A stretch of 64,000 bases of DNA from Candidatus Poribacteria bacterium (GCA_965214095.1 OZ243938.1:352001-416000), one strand, 5' to 3'; shown: positions 31,854 through 42,159, counted from the stretch's first letter. Notes: a model not told the origin generated them from the sequence alone. Numbers and translations are program-made.

Positions 31854-33491
31854 CTAAGTGCTATAATTGTCGTTTTGTTGCCATTTCTGTATGCGTTCAC
31901 TTATTGTCCTTCTGTATGGGTTTAGCTTTTGTGCCTCTTTCAAGTATTTCATAGCATCAGGCACTTTACCAGATTTATACGATACAAACGCTTTTGCTAT
32001 AAAGAGAGAATCAAGATTCCTTTTTCCAACTCGTTCTGCTTCTTGATATGCACACATAAGGTTTTCTTGGGCACGTTCCAACTCGTCTGCTTCAAGATAA
32101 GCACAACCTTTCAAAAAGTATGTTTTCCAAAGTTCTTTCTTATTTCTGGATTTTTTCGCAATATCAAGGATTGTCTGGGTTTCTGTGATTCGCCTAGATT
32201 TAAACATCGCAAGTGCCCATGTGTGGAGTATATATTCATCAATAGACTCCAAATTACCTCTATATTTCAACTTGTCTTCATGATATGATTCTATAATAGA
32301 AATTGCTTGATCGTACTCCCCTTTACTGATAAAAACACGTGCGAGACGCTCAGCGATGTATGATTTATCTTGTTTCGATTTTTGAGGGGACCACTCACAT
32401 TTCAAAGATGCTTGAAGGTAATGTTCCGCATATTGACGGGCTTCAAGTGCTGAGTCAGTGTCCTTTGAACCGTAGTCACTGAGTATCCAATATTTTGCGA
32501 AAAAGATTTTGCCAATTCTATAGAGTTTATCAACCCCTTCATATACTCCACTAACAGCTGCTATTGTTTCGATACGTTGTTGATTTTGTTTAACATCTTG
32601 CAAAAGTTTAGGAGAACAGTCTGTTTTACAACATTTCTTAATTGTCTGTATTGCATCTTCAATATTTTGCATATCATCTTGATTGATAGCAACTTGCTGG
32701 TTAGTCAGAACATCGTCACACAAATTTAGAGCGTACACTGATTCATCCCAGTCGTTTACAATTTTATCATAAGAAGTTCGACTGAGTGTATAAAGTGATT
32801 TTATGTAGTCTTTCCGGTATCTTTTCTTTGTAGATTCCTCATTTGGATTATGAGGGTCTAACTTTTCCCATTCGTTTATAGCTTTCCGTAAAGTTTGGAT
32901 GCCTTTTTCTCGTATTTCATAGACCTTTTTTAATTTTTCTGCTGAGTGACCAAAATCTTCATAAGACTTGCTCCACAAAATTTGATCTGGAAGAACTTTC
33001 ACTAAAATCCGTCCTTTACGATACATATCAGTGACACGCGTTGGATCAAGTGTGAGTGCTTCTTCTACAGCAGTAATAAAGTTATCAATCTCTGCTCTTA
33101 TATTTCCATCTTTCCTGCTTGACTGACTAGTTAATTCATTTATGTTCTGATAGTATGTAAAGGCTAAATTAGATCGATAACCTGAGTTATTCGGTTTGAG
33201 TTTAATACACCGTTTTCTAATCTGTTCAGTGTGTTTTCTATACTCCGCTTGCTGCTCCAAAAATTTAGTCTTAGCCACCGAATCTCTAAATATATCACGC
33301 GGAATTGCACCGGTTTCTGATAATTTAGCACATGCTAATGCGACATCGTTCAAAACTTTATGATTATTCCAAATTAATTCATTTTGATGTAATTCCTCTA
33401 TTGGTTGAAATTGTTTATAAATCCCTTGCCAATCACCTACTGATTTCCGTTTGTTCAATCGTTCTATTAAGTCATGAATTGTATCTGCCAT
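31854..33491 (-). CDS. All-helical TPR-like protein
   Basis: Intact 545-aa ORF with TPR-like units (YRSNLAFTYY, MYRKGRIL, YFLKGCAY, AMKYLKEAQKLNP). Confidence 0.75.
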   Translation of the reverse strand: MADTIHDLIERLNKRKSVGDWQGIYKQFQPIEELHQNELIWNNHKVLNDVALACAKLSETGAIPRDIFRDSVAKTKFLEQQAEYRKHTEQIRKRCIKLKPNNSGYRSNLAFTYYQNINELTSQSSRKDGNIRAEIDNFITAVEEALTLDPTRVTDMYRKGRILVKVLPDQILWSKSYEDFGHSAEKLKKVYEIREKGIQTLRKAINEWEKLDPHNPNEESTKKRYRKDYIKSLYTLSRTSYDKIVNDWDESVYALNLCDDVLTNQQVAINQDDMQNIEDAIQTIKKCCKTDCSPKLLQDVKQNQQRIETIAAVSGVYEGVDKLYRIGKIFFAKYWILSDYGSKDTDSALEARQYAEHYLQASLKCEWSPQKSKQDKSYIAERLARVFISKGEYDQAISIIESYHEDKLKYRGNLESIDEYILHTWALAMFKSRRITETQTILDIAKKSRNKKELWKTYFLKGCAYLEADELERAQENLMCAYQEAERVGKRNLDSLFIAKAFVSYKSGKVPDAMKYLKEAQKLNPYRRTISERIQKWQQNDNYST

Positions 33492-33641
33492 CTATTTTTC
33501 CTTTCACAATAAAATCTGACAAGGCTAACATCAACATATATTTTACGAGTTGTCCGCAGCGCGTGTTGCCCGTTACCGGTTTCGCTATGCCCTACCTAAT
33601 CTACTTTAATATCAGAGTCATCATTTTCTGATCGCCCATTT

Positions 33642-33986
33642 TTAAGACCAAGCACTTTCTCCGTTTTCCGGTGACTTCTGAGCCATTGGTGACGATAGAA
33701 CTATACCAAGCCCTTTCGCCCTCACAATCAGGGACAGCAACCAGGGGCACAGCTGAGGTTCCCCTCCCGCAAAAGTGATCTTCTCAAAACCGACATCAGA
33801 AATCTTATCAATAAGCGAGAGACATTCCTGCTTCGGCAAGTGACCTTTAGGGAGTTTCATATCTCGCTTGACATCTTCAAATATAGCAAAGCGGAATTTG
33901 CAGTGCATATTGCAGGGTGTCCACAGATGGAAATTAACAGAAGGGATGGGTGGGCAAACGCCGCGGTCAACGTTGGTGACTTTCAT
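33642..33986 (-). pseudogene. Prokaryotic viperin (pVip) radical-SAM pseudogene
   Basis: IPSVNFHLWTPCNMHCKFRFA...LPKGHLPK...GFEKITFAGGEP.LCPWL; third Cys is Arg; frameshift near 33700 before SIVTNGS; C-terminal part missing. Confidence 0.85.
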
Positions 33987-34057
33987 ATTCTACTCCTTAC
34001 TTTATTTTACGCAATTGACCACTGGCTCATACCTCGCCAATTGTCCTAAAACGCAAA

Positions 34058-34219
34058 TTAACTGTCGTGTTTTTCTTTGAACCTTGCAATCGCTCCCCGT
34101 TCTGCCATCTCCGCCCGTGCATAATGCGCGGGCATCTGTGAGTTTTTCCAACGACCTGCTACCTGTAAATCTATAACCGAAGCACCCGCTTTGGCAAGAG
34201 ACACCGCAGAACCGACACG
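34058..34219 (-). pseudogene. 3' fragment of a second tyrosine recombinase (not in the ORF track)
   Basis: Translates RVGSAVSLAKAGASVIDLQVAGRWKNSQMPAHYARAEMAERGAIARFKEKHDS*. Confidence 0.85.
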
Positions 34220-34225
34220 CTCAGA

Positions 34226-34717
34226 TTAGTCCACAACTTTAGGGCGTTTCCCTGGATAAGATGAAATATATGTGTCAAGCATTATTGTCTCTTGTGCTGA
34301 TAATTCTGGATCGTTTCTATCTAATTTTCTCGCCATACGTAAGTCAAATAAAGCAAGATCGTAGTGTTCGCGTTCCCATCTTGCTAATCCACGACCTAAA
34401 TATGCACTTGCAGAATCTGGTTTATAGTGAATAACGACATTATATGCAGCTACAGCTGAGATAGGGTTGCCTTCTAACATGTTTTTAGATGCTTGCAATC
34501 TGTAAAAATTATCACGGAACTCTTCATAAGCCGGCATTGGTGGTATGCTTTCGCTTCGTCTAAATTCATGCCCCCTTCGCCTAAATTCAATTGCAGCGTC
34601 ATATACTTTATCAAATTCAGACTTTTTGGGTTCTTCCGTATAATGCGACACTAAATATAGGACGACAAGACCCAAAAGTATCAGCGATAAAAACGATATT
34701 CTAATTTTTCGTTTCAT
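34226..34717 (-). CDS. Membrane-anchored TPR protein
   Basis: N-terminal TM helix; AYNVVIHYKPDSASAYLGRGLA...ALFDLRMA. Confidence 0.7.
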   Translation of the reverse strand: MKRKIRISFLSLILLGLVVLYLVSHYTEEPKKSEFDKVYDAAIEFRRRGHEFRRSESIPPMPAYEEFRDNFYRLQASKNMLEGNPISAVAAYNVVIHYKPDSASAYLGRGLARWEREHYDLALFDLRMARKLDRNDPELSAQETIMLDTYISSYPGKRPKVVD

Positions 34718-35666
34718 TTACTCCTTACCTTTCTCTTTGAATCTGGCAATTGCACCGCGCTCAGCCATCTCAGCACGGGCATAATGAGTTGGCATCTGTG
34801 AGTTTTCCACCTGCCAGCGACTTGTAAATCTACAACGGTTGCACCGGCTTTCGCGAGGGAGACCGCAGAACCTACACGTAACGAATGACCCGATATAAAT
34901 CCATCGACACCGGCATCAGCTGTCCGTTGTTTGATGATCCGTCTGGCAGAGACATCCGCAAGCCTACCCGGTTGAATATGGCCACCACGACGAACTGGAC
35001 GGAACAATGCACCGCGAGTAATACCCGTTTTCTCTTGATACCGACTAATCACCTTACGTGTATCACTGGTAACATACAAAGCTACACCAGAACCGTCTTG
35101 ATCTGTCTTGGAACGCTGGACAACCAAAGTATTCTGTTTGAAATGTCCACAGTTGACAGCGACAACTTCAGAGACACGCAACAAGCAGTCAGACATCAGC
35201 CTAATCATCGCACTATCCCGAAGCCCCGCTATTGTGTTATCTGCTTCAGCAAATGCACACACGCGTTCAACGTCAGCCCACGTCAAGCCGTTAACTTGAC
35301 CCCGCCCCGACCCTTTGCATCTCCGCGGATTGTCCGTAATCGCTTTTGACTCATCGGGAACTGGACATCAACGGCTCGCACATTCACAAAATACCATTTC
35401 ACTGCTGCGACACACATACTGAGCGTGGCTGGGGCAACGCCTTGTGTGTCTAATGTGGAAAGGTAAGCTGCTAATTGTACATCTGTCAGGTCTCTCAGTG
35501 TCACGTCTTTAGAGGATAACCAATCTGAAATAGAACGCCACGCCTGCTGATAAGCACGTCTGGAGTTGGGCGATAGGGCATCCCACGCAATACCAATACG
35601 CAGTTTATCCTCATCCGTAAGTTGTAAGTCTGTTCTGGGTTCAATCGGTGCTAATAGTCGCATCAT
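34714..35666 (-). pseudogene. Tyrosine recombinase/integrase with two single-base frameshifts
   Basis: SAM-like N-domain; RD...LRVSE, RSKTD, GHSLRVG, GRW, HY motifs; frameshifts at ~35306 and ~34804 (4 A versus 5 A in the paralogous fragment). Confidence 0.88.
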
Positions 35667-35686
35667 TGGTTACCTCTTTGTCCGTC

Positions 35687-37174
35687 CTATAATTTAATAG
35701 ACAATCCAAGTAACAATCCTATAATCACACAACCCATTAATAACCCCCAACGTATTACTTTTGATATTTTTTCAGAAAGTTGTTGGTTAGATCCTATAAT
35801 CACACAACCCATTAATAACCCCCAACGTATTACTTTTGATATTTTTTCAGAAAGTTGTTGGTTAGATTCTCTTAGGTCAGAATTCACATCATTTATTGCG
35901 GTTTTCATGTCATCTATCAGGGACGGTTGATCTTCATAAGTTTCAGATTCATATTCAATTAGTTTTTGCGAGATTATTTTTATCTGTTGTTGAAGATACT
36001 CAAGACGTTTATCAGCTCGTAATAAAGGATCCTCAACTTCGTCAAAAGAGATGTCACCTTCAAAATCAGGGAACCATTCGGGATGCTCCTTTGTAAGCCG
36101 ATTAACTTGTGCATCGAAATATTCGGGATTAATCATTAGTGCGTTTGGGTCTTCGTAATCCCAACAACATTTTCTCAATTCCTCTCTAATATCTTCATTC
36201 CTATAGAGGTTTGTATTGTATATGGCAACACTAAGGAATTTGTCATTGTCTTTTTCAAACATTTTTCTTACTTCCTCTGGTTTGCGTGCACGGAACCTAC
36301 TATAATATGATAGTCTTAAAGCAAGATCATCGTTATCTTTTAATGATTCAAATTCCGTTCCAATACCTTCTCCGAATCGCTCTTTTACTGCCCATGCTCC
36401 GCATCCAATCAGTTTTGCGAGGACATAACGGCACTTCACATACGAATTCAGCAAACCATCTATTTCTCCTTCGGTTTCTGCTTCCCATCTTTTTGCTGTT
36501 GCAAACACATCCATGTCATGAGGTTTGTCTGGCACTAGATTTTCTCCGAGATGAGAAAGGACTGCTGCAGAGTCTTTATTCACCGGCATCGTTTCAAACA
36601 GTTTCCAACCAGCTGTGAATACCTCCGTATATGAGTGCCATACAGATCCATCCCAAGGTAGTTCATCAAGTGGGGTGCTAATGCGAGGATTAGATGCAGT
36701 AAACGCTATTGCCGTAAGCCATTGTTCATCAGTCAGACTGTTAAAATGTTTTTCTCTTTTATATAGAGACACAAGCAAATCATCGGGGATAGACTCATTT
36801 GACAATAAAGACTCCAATAATTCCTCATCAAAAGAATTTAGTATCTCACCTAACACTTCAGGACTTTCAACCCAAGAAACCAAAAACTTTTTAGGAATGC
36901 TGCTGGACAATGCAGCCTTTTTTATTGTCTTGTCGTCATTCCTAAAAAGACTCAGTGAAGTCTCTTTTGACAACCCTTCTGCATATAATGCTAATCCCAA
37001 GTTTATTAAAGGTTCATCACGTTCAATCAAAACTGTTTGAATCTCTTTTTTATAAGAAAGGTAAGGCTTATACTCCCTTAGCCATTCAAAAACCGAGTTT
37101 GCGTTGGCATGAGTGAGCCAGTATTTCTGAAATTCCTCATTTTTTAATACTTGATCAGTTGAAGTGTTTATCAT
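35687..37174 (-). CDS. Hypothetical helical protein with duplicated C-terminal membrane segment
   Basis: 495-aa ORF with coiled coil and SNQQLSEKISKVIRWGLLMGCVIIG twice. Confidence 0.7.
   Translation of the reverse strand: MINTSTDQVLKNEEFQKYWLTHANANSVFEWLREYKPYLSYKKEIQTVLIERDEPLINLGLALYAEGLSKETSLSLFRNDDKTIKKAALSSSIPKKFLVSWVESPEVLGEILNSFDEELLESLLSNESIPDDLLVSLYKREKHFNSLTDEQWLTAIAFTASNPRISTPLDELPWDGSVWHSYTEVFTAGWKLFETMPVNKDSAAVLSHLGENLVPDKPHDMDVFATAKRWEAETEGEIDGLLNSYVKCRYVLAKLIGCGAWAVKERFGEGIGTEFESLKDNDDLALRLSYYSRFRARKPEEVRKMFEKDNDKFLSVAIYNTNLYRNEDIREELRKCCWDYEDPNALMINPEYFDAQVNRLTKEHPEWFPDFEGDISFDEVEDPLLRADKRLEYLQQQIKIISQKLIEYESETYEDQPSLIDDMKTAINDVNSDLRESNQQLSEKISKVIRWGLLMGCVIIGSNQQLSEKISKVIRWGLLMGCVIIGLLLGLSIKL
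35716..35865. repeat. Perfect 75-bp in-frame tandem duplication
   Basis: 35716-35790 equals 35791-35865. Confidence 0.95.
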
Positions 37175-37352
37175 AAGTTTTATTCCGTTAGTTTACAGAT
37201 GCCTGCTTGTTTTCCGTATAGTTCGTTTTTATGGACGGTATACATCGGGAGTCTGAGTTGTCGCGGTTCCGTGTCATCCGTTCTAAGCCTTTTAAAGTGT
37301 TGAAGGTTCAGAAAAAGGGTTCTCAATAAGTAGTTTTGGGATTGCGTTTTTT

Positions 37353-38042
37353 TCATAATTCACTGAACAATTCGGGATTGCAGTGTTGGCAATCATACCG
37401 ATAACGTTGTTCAAGAATGTGATTGTTGTTGAAGTTGTGTTGAATAGGTTTAAGAAGAAGATTTCTAAAAGATGGCATATCTTTTTGGGAGTGTTCCCAA
37501 CTGTCAATCACATCTTGGCATTTCACTTCAATACACGGGAATGTCCATTTTGCAAAATCATCCCATTTTCTATCTTCTACTTTATGTGTATGCACAACTT
37601 CTATTGCATATTCCGGTATGCCACAACTCATAAATGCAACATCTACTCTATAGTTTCCTACCCTCACTTCAGTCTTTACGGCATCAATATCGCCAATATC
37701 TCCTACCAAAATATTACCATAAGCCCCATTTCCACATTTTTGACACTTTCTAAAAATCAAAACATCCGTTGGAGACAAAGGATCATGGTGTGGGTGTATC
37801 ATGTTTGTCGGATTTTCGCATGCATAAACAATCATTTCCTTTGCGATAATGTGCTGAACACTCTCCAGAGAACACTCTGTATCCTTTTTATGTGCAAAAT
37901 GAGGTCGTCTAATATCTCCTTTTCTTAAAACGACCTTATTATCACATTGTGGACAAGTGAATTTGTCGTGTTTGTTTGCTATCTGTGGACTGACAATATT
38001 CTTACTTTGAGTGAAAGCATAAGGTATTTTCAAGTTGTTCAT
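37353..38042 (-). CDS. CoiA-like zinc-finger PD-(D/E)XK nuclease
   Basis: CPQC...LRKG.IRRPHFAH...ESVQH..AK; EVRVGNYRVDVA...AIEV..TH. Confidence 0.75.
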   Translation of the reverse strand: MNNLKIPYAFTQSKNIVSPQIANKHDKFTCPQCDNKVVLRKGDIRRPHFAHKKDTECSLESVQHIIAKEMIVYACENPTNMIHPHHDPLSPTDVLIFRKCQKCGNGAYGNILVGDIGDIDAVKTEVRVGNYRVDVAFMSCGIPEYAIEVVHTHKVEDRKWDDFAKWTFPCIEVKCQDVIDSWEHSQKDMPSFRNLLLKPIQHNFNNNHILEQRYRYDCQHCNPELFSEL

Positions 38043-38175
38043 TTTTACTCCTTGTTAGATGTGAGGGTTTTCCGTCTCCCCGCAGGATGTCTCATAAGGA
38101 TTATCTATGAAACTTGTGTGCTGTTTTTTCTGCGGTTGACGCAGCCGCCACTTGCACATTGGGCGGAACATCCCA

Positions 38176-38499
38176 TTATTGCTTTTGAGATAGCCCTTCA
38201 ATACTGGCTGTTATCTTCCTAAGCTCTGCCCCAATAGTATTGAGATGTTCACGGATAGGATAGAGATGTCCTTTACAAGGTAAATTGTGCTGACCAGCGA
38301 TAATTTCATTACGCCACGTCTCACATTCCTGCTTGGTGCCTTTTGCAACTGTTATATCGGCTTGCTTTGTAACCCAACCACCTCGATTCCAGATATTCAG
38401 CTTCGCTCTAATTTCTGATTTATCTGTCGATCCCGTTATTTCAAAATGCGTAACTTGATCTAAGTTGAAAGTTGTGCCTTGAAACTCAACCCAATTCAT
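38176..38499 (-). CDS. Hypothetical protein
   Basis: ATG 38499 (MNWVEF) with GAGGAG RBS. Confidence 0.55.
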   Translation of the reverse strand: MNWVEFQGTTFNLDQVTHFEITGSTDKSEIRAKLNIWNRGGWVTKQADITVAKGTKQECETWRNEIIAGQHNLPCKGHLYPIREHLNTIGAELRKITASIEGLSQKQ

Positions 38500-38598
38500 C
38501 GTTTTATTCTCCTCTTTTGGAAAAGTGTCGTAAATTTGAATAGTGATTGATAACATTATTTATTGAAAAAATATAACATCTGCATGATACCTCCATTG

Positions 38599-40701
38599 TT
38601 AGTGAGTTGTGCTATTTTTCTTTCTTGAAATTTGTTTTATAGTAGATTTTGAAATTACTTGAACACTCTGCATCGGCGAGGTTAGGAAACCTCGCCTACC
38701 GTGGGTCAAAAGTGTCAACTTATATTTATAATTCACTATAATATCCCAAATCAGTATTGTTCCACTCGGATCCATACTTGCGAGTGTCTGCCCATCCGGT
38801 GAAAAAAGCATAGAAGTAACCTGTCCATATCCTATAAAACTACCTTTTTGATTTCCTGTGTTAGTATCCCACAACCGTATAGTATTATCCGCACTGGCAC
38901 TGGCGATGGTGCTTCCAGTAGGTGAGTATGCGATACAAGAAACATATCTCTTGTGCCCCGTGAGAGTTCTCAAGTGTTCCCCTGTGTTCGTATCCCATAA
39001 CCATACTGTCTTATCCAGACTACCCGTAGCAATAGTGTTTCCATTGGGTGAATATACCATAGAAGTGACCGCCGCACCTATATGTCCAGTGAGTGTAACT
39101 TTGTTTTCACCAGTTATAACATCCCATGACCTGATAATACCTTCCTTGTCGCCACTCGTGATTGTTCTACCATCTGGCGAAAATGCCACGGTATTTACGA
39201 AACTATGCCCTTTCTGTATAACTTTGTAAATACCTGTCTGTGCGTGCCATAAATACACGGCACCTTTGTTTTTGTCGTATAAGTCTCCACCTGTAGCAAT
39301 CATATTTCCATCTGGGGAATATGCAATAGAAGAGATCTCGTAAATGTTATTTGGGAATAGAACATTTAGCAATGTTTGATTCCGTATATCCCGTATCACA
39401 ACCCCACCGTCAACAAAATCTGAGACTGCCATCGCAATCGTTTTTCCATCAGGAGAATAGGATACAGGAGCAAACATACCCCCATGTCTATATTTGTCAT
39501 TGTTGTTAACTATAAATATTTTTTCTTTGAATGTTTGTGCGTCCCACACTCTGAATTCAGACTGATGATTATTAGTTATAATGGTATTTCCATCAGGAGA
39601 ATAAGCAAAATTAGTCATGTGCGTGTGTTCTGTAAATACAGCTTCGTTTTTGTAAGTAATTGCATTCCATAACTTCACTGTGCCATCCCCCTTACTTCCA
39701 GTGACAATAATATTTGTATTAGGGGAATATTCAAGAGAAGTAATATTACCTAAGTGTGCTTTGAATACAGTTTCCTGTTTTCCTGTGCGTGCATCCCATA
39801 TATGTACTTCACCATTCCAGAGGCTTCCAGCAGCGATCTTTTCTTCATCAGGGGAATATGATATGGAAGTAAAAGAGTTTTTCTTTTGTGAAAATAGAGG
39901 TTTATCCGTTTTTAAGGTTCTTATACGTTCACCTGTTGCTGACTCCCATAATCGCACTGTTTCATCTGCACTCGCACTCGCGATTATGTTTCCATCCGGG
40001 GAATAGTCAATAGAACAAACGTTTTTTTTATGTCCTGTAAGTGTAGTTTTATGTTTTCCTGTTTGCACATCCCACAAACATATCGTACCATCTTGGCATC
40101 CAGCAACGATCATATTACCCTCAGGGGAATACACAATACAACGGATAAGGCTTGTATTTCCAGTAAGTGTAGTTCTGTATTGACCTGTTCGCGCATTCCA
40201 TAGCCGTAATGCACTATCTTGATACCATGCCCCCACTGCAATTGTATTACCCGCAGGAGAAAACGCCAAAGCTTCAACAAGTGGAATTTTGTGCCCCGTG
40301 AAGGTCGTTTTCTTTTCTCCTGTAGCAACATCCCACAAATGGACTACATCTCCTGCCCCCGTTACACTCCTCACACTTGCAATTGTGCTGCCATCGGGTG
40401 AATAGGTGAATTGATCAGATGATAAACAAAGGATACACTCTCTTAACAATTCTAACTTTTTGCCAGCTATGCCAGTTATCGGATTATAAAACCATAGACC
40501 GATTGAACTTGAAACTGCAAGCTGACTACCATCCGGTGAAAAACATACTTTTCTCAAATTTCCGTTGCCGAGCCGTGCTTTTGCACCTTGAGGTAAATTG
40601 GATTGCGTGTAATCTTGAGCAAAAGTTGAAAAGTGTTGAGGCTGAATATCTATAACACAGCCAAATATGGCAACTGTGAGTAACAACAAATACTTTAACA
40701 T
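38599..40701 (-). CDS. Secreted WD40-repeat protein (C-terminus altered by MITE insertion)
   Basis: Start ATG 40701 with signal peptide MLKYLLLLTVAIFG...FAQDYTQSNLPQGAKARLG; many YSPDG...WD repeats. Confidence 0.88.
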   Translation of the reverse strand: MLKYLLLLTVAIFGCVIDIQPQHFSTFAQDYTQSNLPQGAKARLGNGNLRKVCFSPDGSQLAVSSSIGLWFYNPITGIAGKKLELLRECILCLSSDQFTYSPDGSTIASVRSVTGAGDVVHLWDVATGEKKTTFTGHKIPLVEALAFSPAGNTIAVGAWYQDSALRLWNARTGQYRTTLTGNTSLIRCIVYSPEGNMIVAGCQDGTICLWDVQTGKHKTTLTGHKKNVCSIDYSPDGNIIASASADETVRLWESATGERIRTLKTDKPLFSQKKNSFTSISYSPDEEKIAAGSLWNGEVHIWDARTGKQETVFKAHLGNITSLEYSPNTNIIVTGSKGDGTVKLWNAITYKNEAVFTEHTHMTNFAYSPDGNTIITNNHQSEFRVWDAQTFKEKIFIVNNNDKYRHGGMFAPVSYSPDGKTIAMAVSDFVDGGVVIRDIRNQTLLNVLFPNNIYEISSIAYSPDGNMIATGGDLYDKNKGAVYLWHAQTGIYKVIQKGHSFVNTVAFSPDGRTITSGDKEGIIRSWDVITGENKVTLTGHIGAAVTSMVYSPNGNTIATGSLDKTVWLWDTNTGEHLRTLTGHKRYVSCIAYSPTGSTIASASADNTIRLWDTNTGNQKGSFIGYGQVTSMLFSPDGQTLASMDPSGTILIWDIIVNYKYKLTLLTHGRRGFLTSPMQSVQVISKSTIKQISRKKNSTTH
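38640..38738. mobile_element. IS630-type MITE (99 bp, TA duplication) inside the WD40 gene end
   Basis: Near-identical to 29402-29500. Confidence 0.88.
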
Positions 40702-40702
40702 C

Positions 40703-42159
40703 CAATACCTTCGCCAAAAACAGTTGAATAAATCGGGCAAATGTCCTAAAGTTATAAAAAAACAATCAATAACTTTGAAAGGACAATCGCCCATGCAAGT
40801 AATTATAGCACTTTTTACAGTTTTTAGAACACATTTATCCACAACGACACTACGCCAACTTTCGCAAGTTATATTCGCACTGCTTGCGATGACGGGACGG
40901 GTAACAATGCTAAACATCTCTCGTTGGACATTACAAGGTGGTAGCTACCGGACGGAACAACGCTTCTTTAACAAGGTGTTGCCTTGGACAACCCTCCTCT
41001 GGATGTTTTATTACACACATCTCTTTGATCCTGAAGGTGTCTATATCATCGCCGACGACGAAACGATCAAATCAAAATCCGGCAAGCATACCTATGGTTT
41101 ATCCCGTTTCTTTTCTTCAATACATGGCAAAACGATTCCAAGTTTGTCATTCTTAGCCTTGTCCATAGTGAGTGTCAAAAAACGGTGTTCTTATCCAATG
41201 GCTATAGAACAAATCGTCCGAGACGGGACACCATCGGTATCAACGACTTCAGCATCCAAACAACACGATACCCCACAGACACCCTTGAAACGCCCGCGTG
41301 GGCGGCCAAAACGAAGTCCGAACCGCAATAAAGCCGATGTCGTGATTACCGGCACTTTGAAGCAACTTCAAATGATGATCAAGCCCTTCCTGGCAAAGGT
41401 TAGAGATTTGATCCCACTCCGGTATTTAGTGCTTGATGGATATTTTGGACACAATAACGCACTACAAATGACACAACAATGTGGTCTCCATCTCATTTCA
41501 AAACTTCGCACGGATGCAGCATTGTATTGGGAACCGACAACACATCAGGGAGGCCCCGGCCGACCACCCATCTACGGAGATCGGTTCACGCCCGACAGAT
41601 CAACCCGAAATATCTTATCTCTACCGAAACAAAACAAAATATCAGAACCCATGTGTATCAAATGAAACTACGTAATAAAACGTTCCCAGAACTGCTCAAT
41701 GTTGTTTGCATCCTCAAGACAAATATAACCACGAAACGACAATCACACATCTTGTTATTTAGCTCTGATTTAGCGTTAGCAGCTGAGAAAATGATTGACT
41801 ATTATTCCCTTCGTTTTCAAATCGAGTTCAACTTCCGGGATGCCAAACAATATTGGGGTTTACAAGATGCTATGAATGTCAACAAAATACCCGTAAACAC
41901 TGCAGCAAATCTATCAATGTTTATGGTATCAGTCAGTGCGAAACTCACTCGGACGTTTCGTGGTGAGAATACACACTATGGTGTTATAGATCTGAAATCA
42001 CACTATAGAGGTCTGAAATATATAGACGAAACATTAAAAATACTTCCGCAAAAACCTGAACCAATTGTTATTGCGGAAATCACTGAACATCTGGGTTCAA
42101 TCGGTGCTATTCATTGGACGCAAACCGATCTAAGCCCAGGATAATTGGCGAAGGTATTG
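40703..42159 (+). mobile_element. IS element (IS4/IS701-like DDE) with frameshifted transposase 40793-42144
   Basis: 15-bp perfect TIR CAATACCTTCGCCAA; DDET, VLDGYFG and YSLRFQIEFNFRDAKQ motifs; frameshift near 41592; no target duplication seen. Confidence 0.88.

Noticed and set aside
40702-40917. N-terminal extension of the WD40 ORF, and transposase start at 40667
   Set aside because: Both run across the IS boundary; better starts are 40701 (signal peptide) and 40793 (AAAGGA RBS).
34714-41600. Programmed frameshifting or systematic sequencing error as the cause of the frameshifts
   Set aside because: No canonical slippery heptamer at the sites, and long genes elsewhere in the window are intact, so decay is more likely; reads are needed to exclude local errors.
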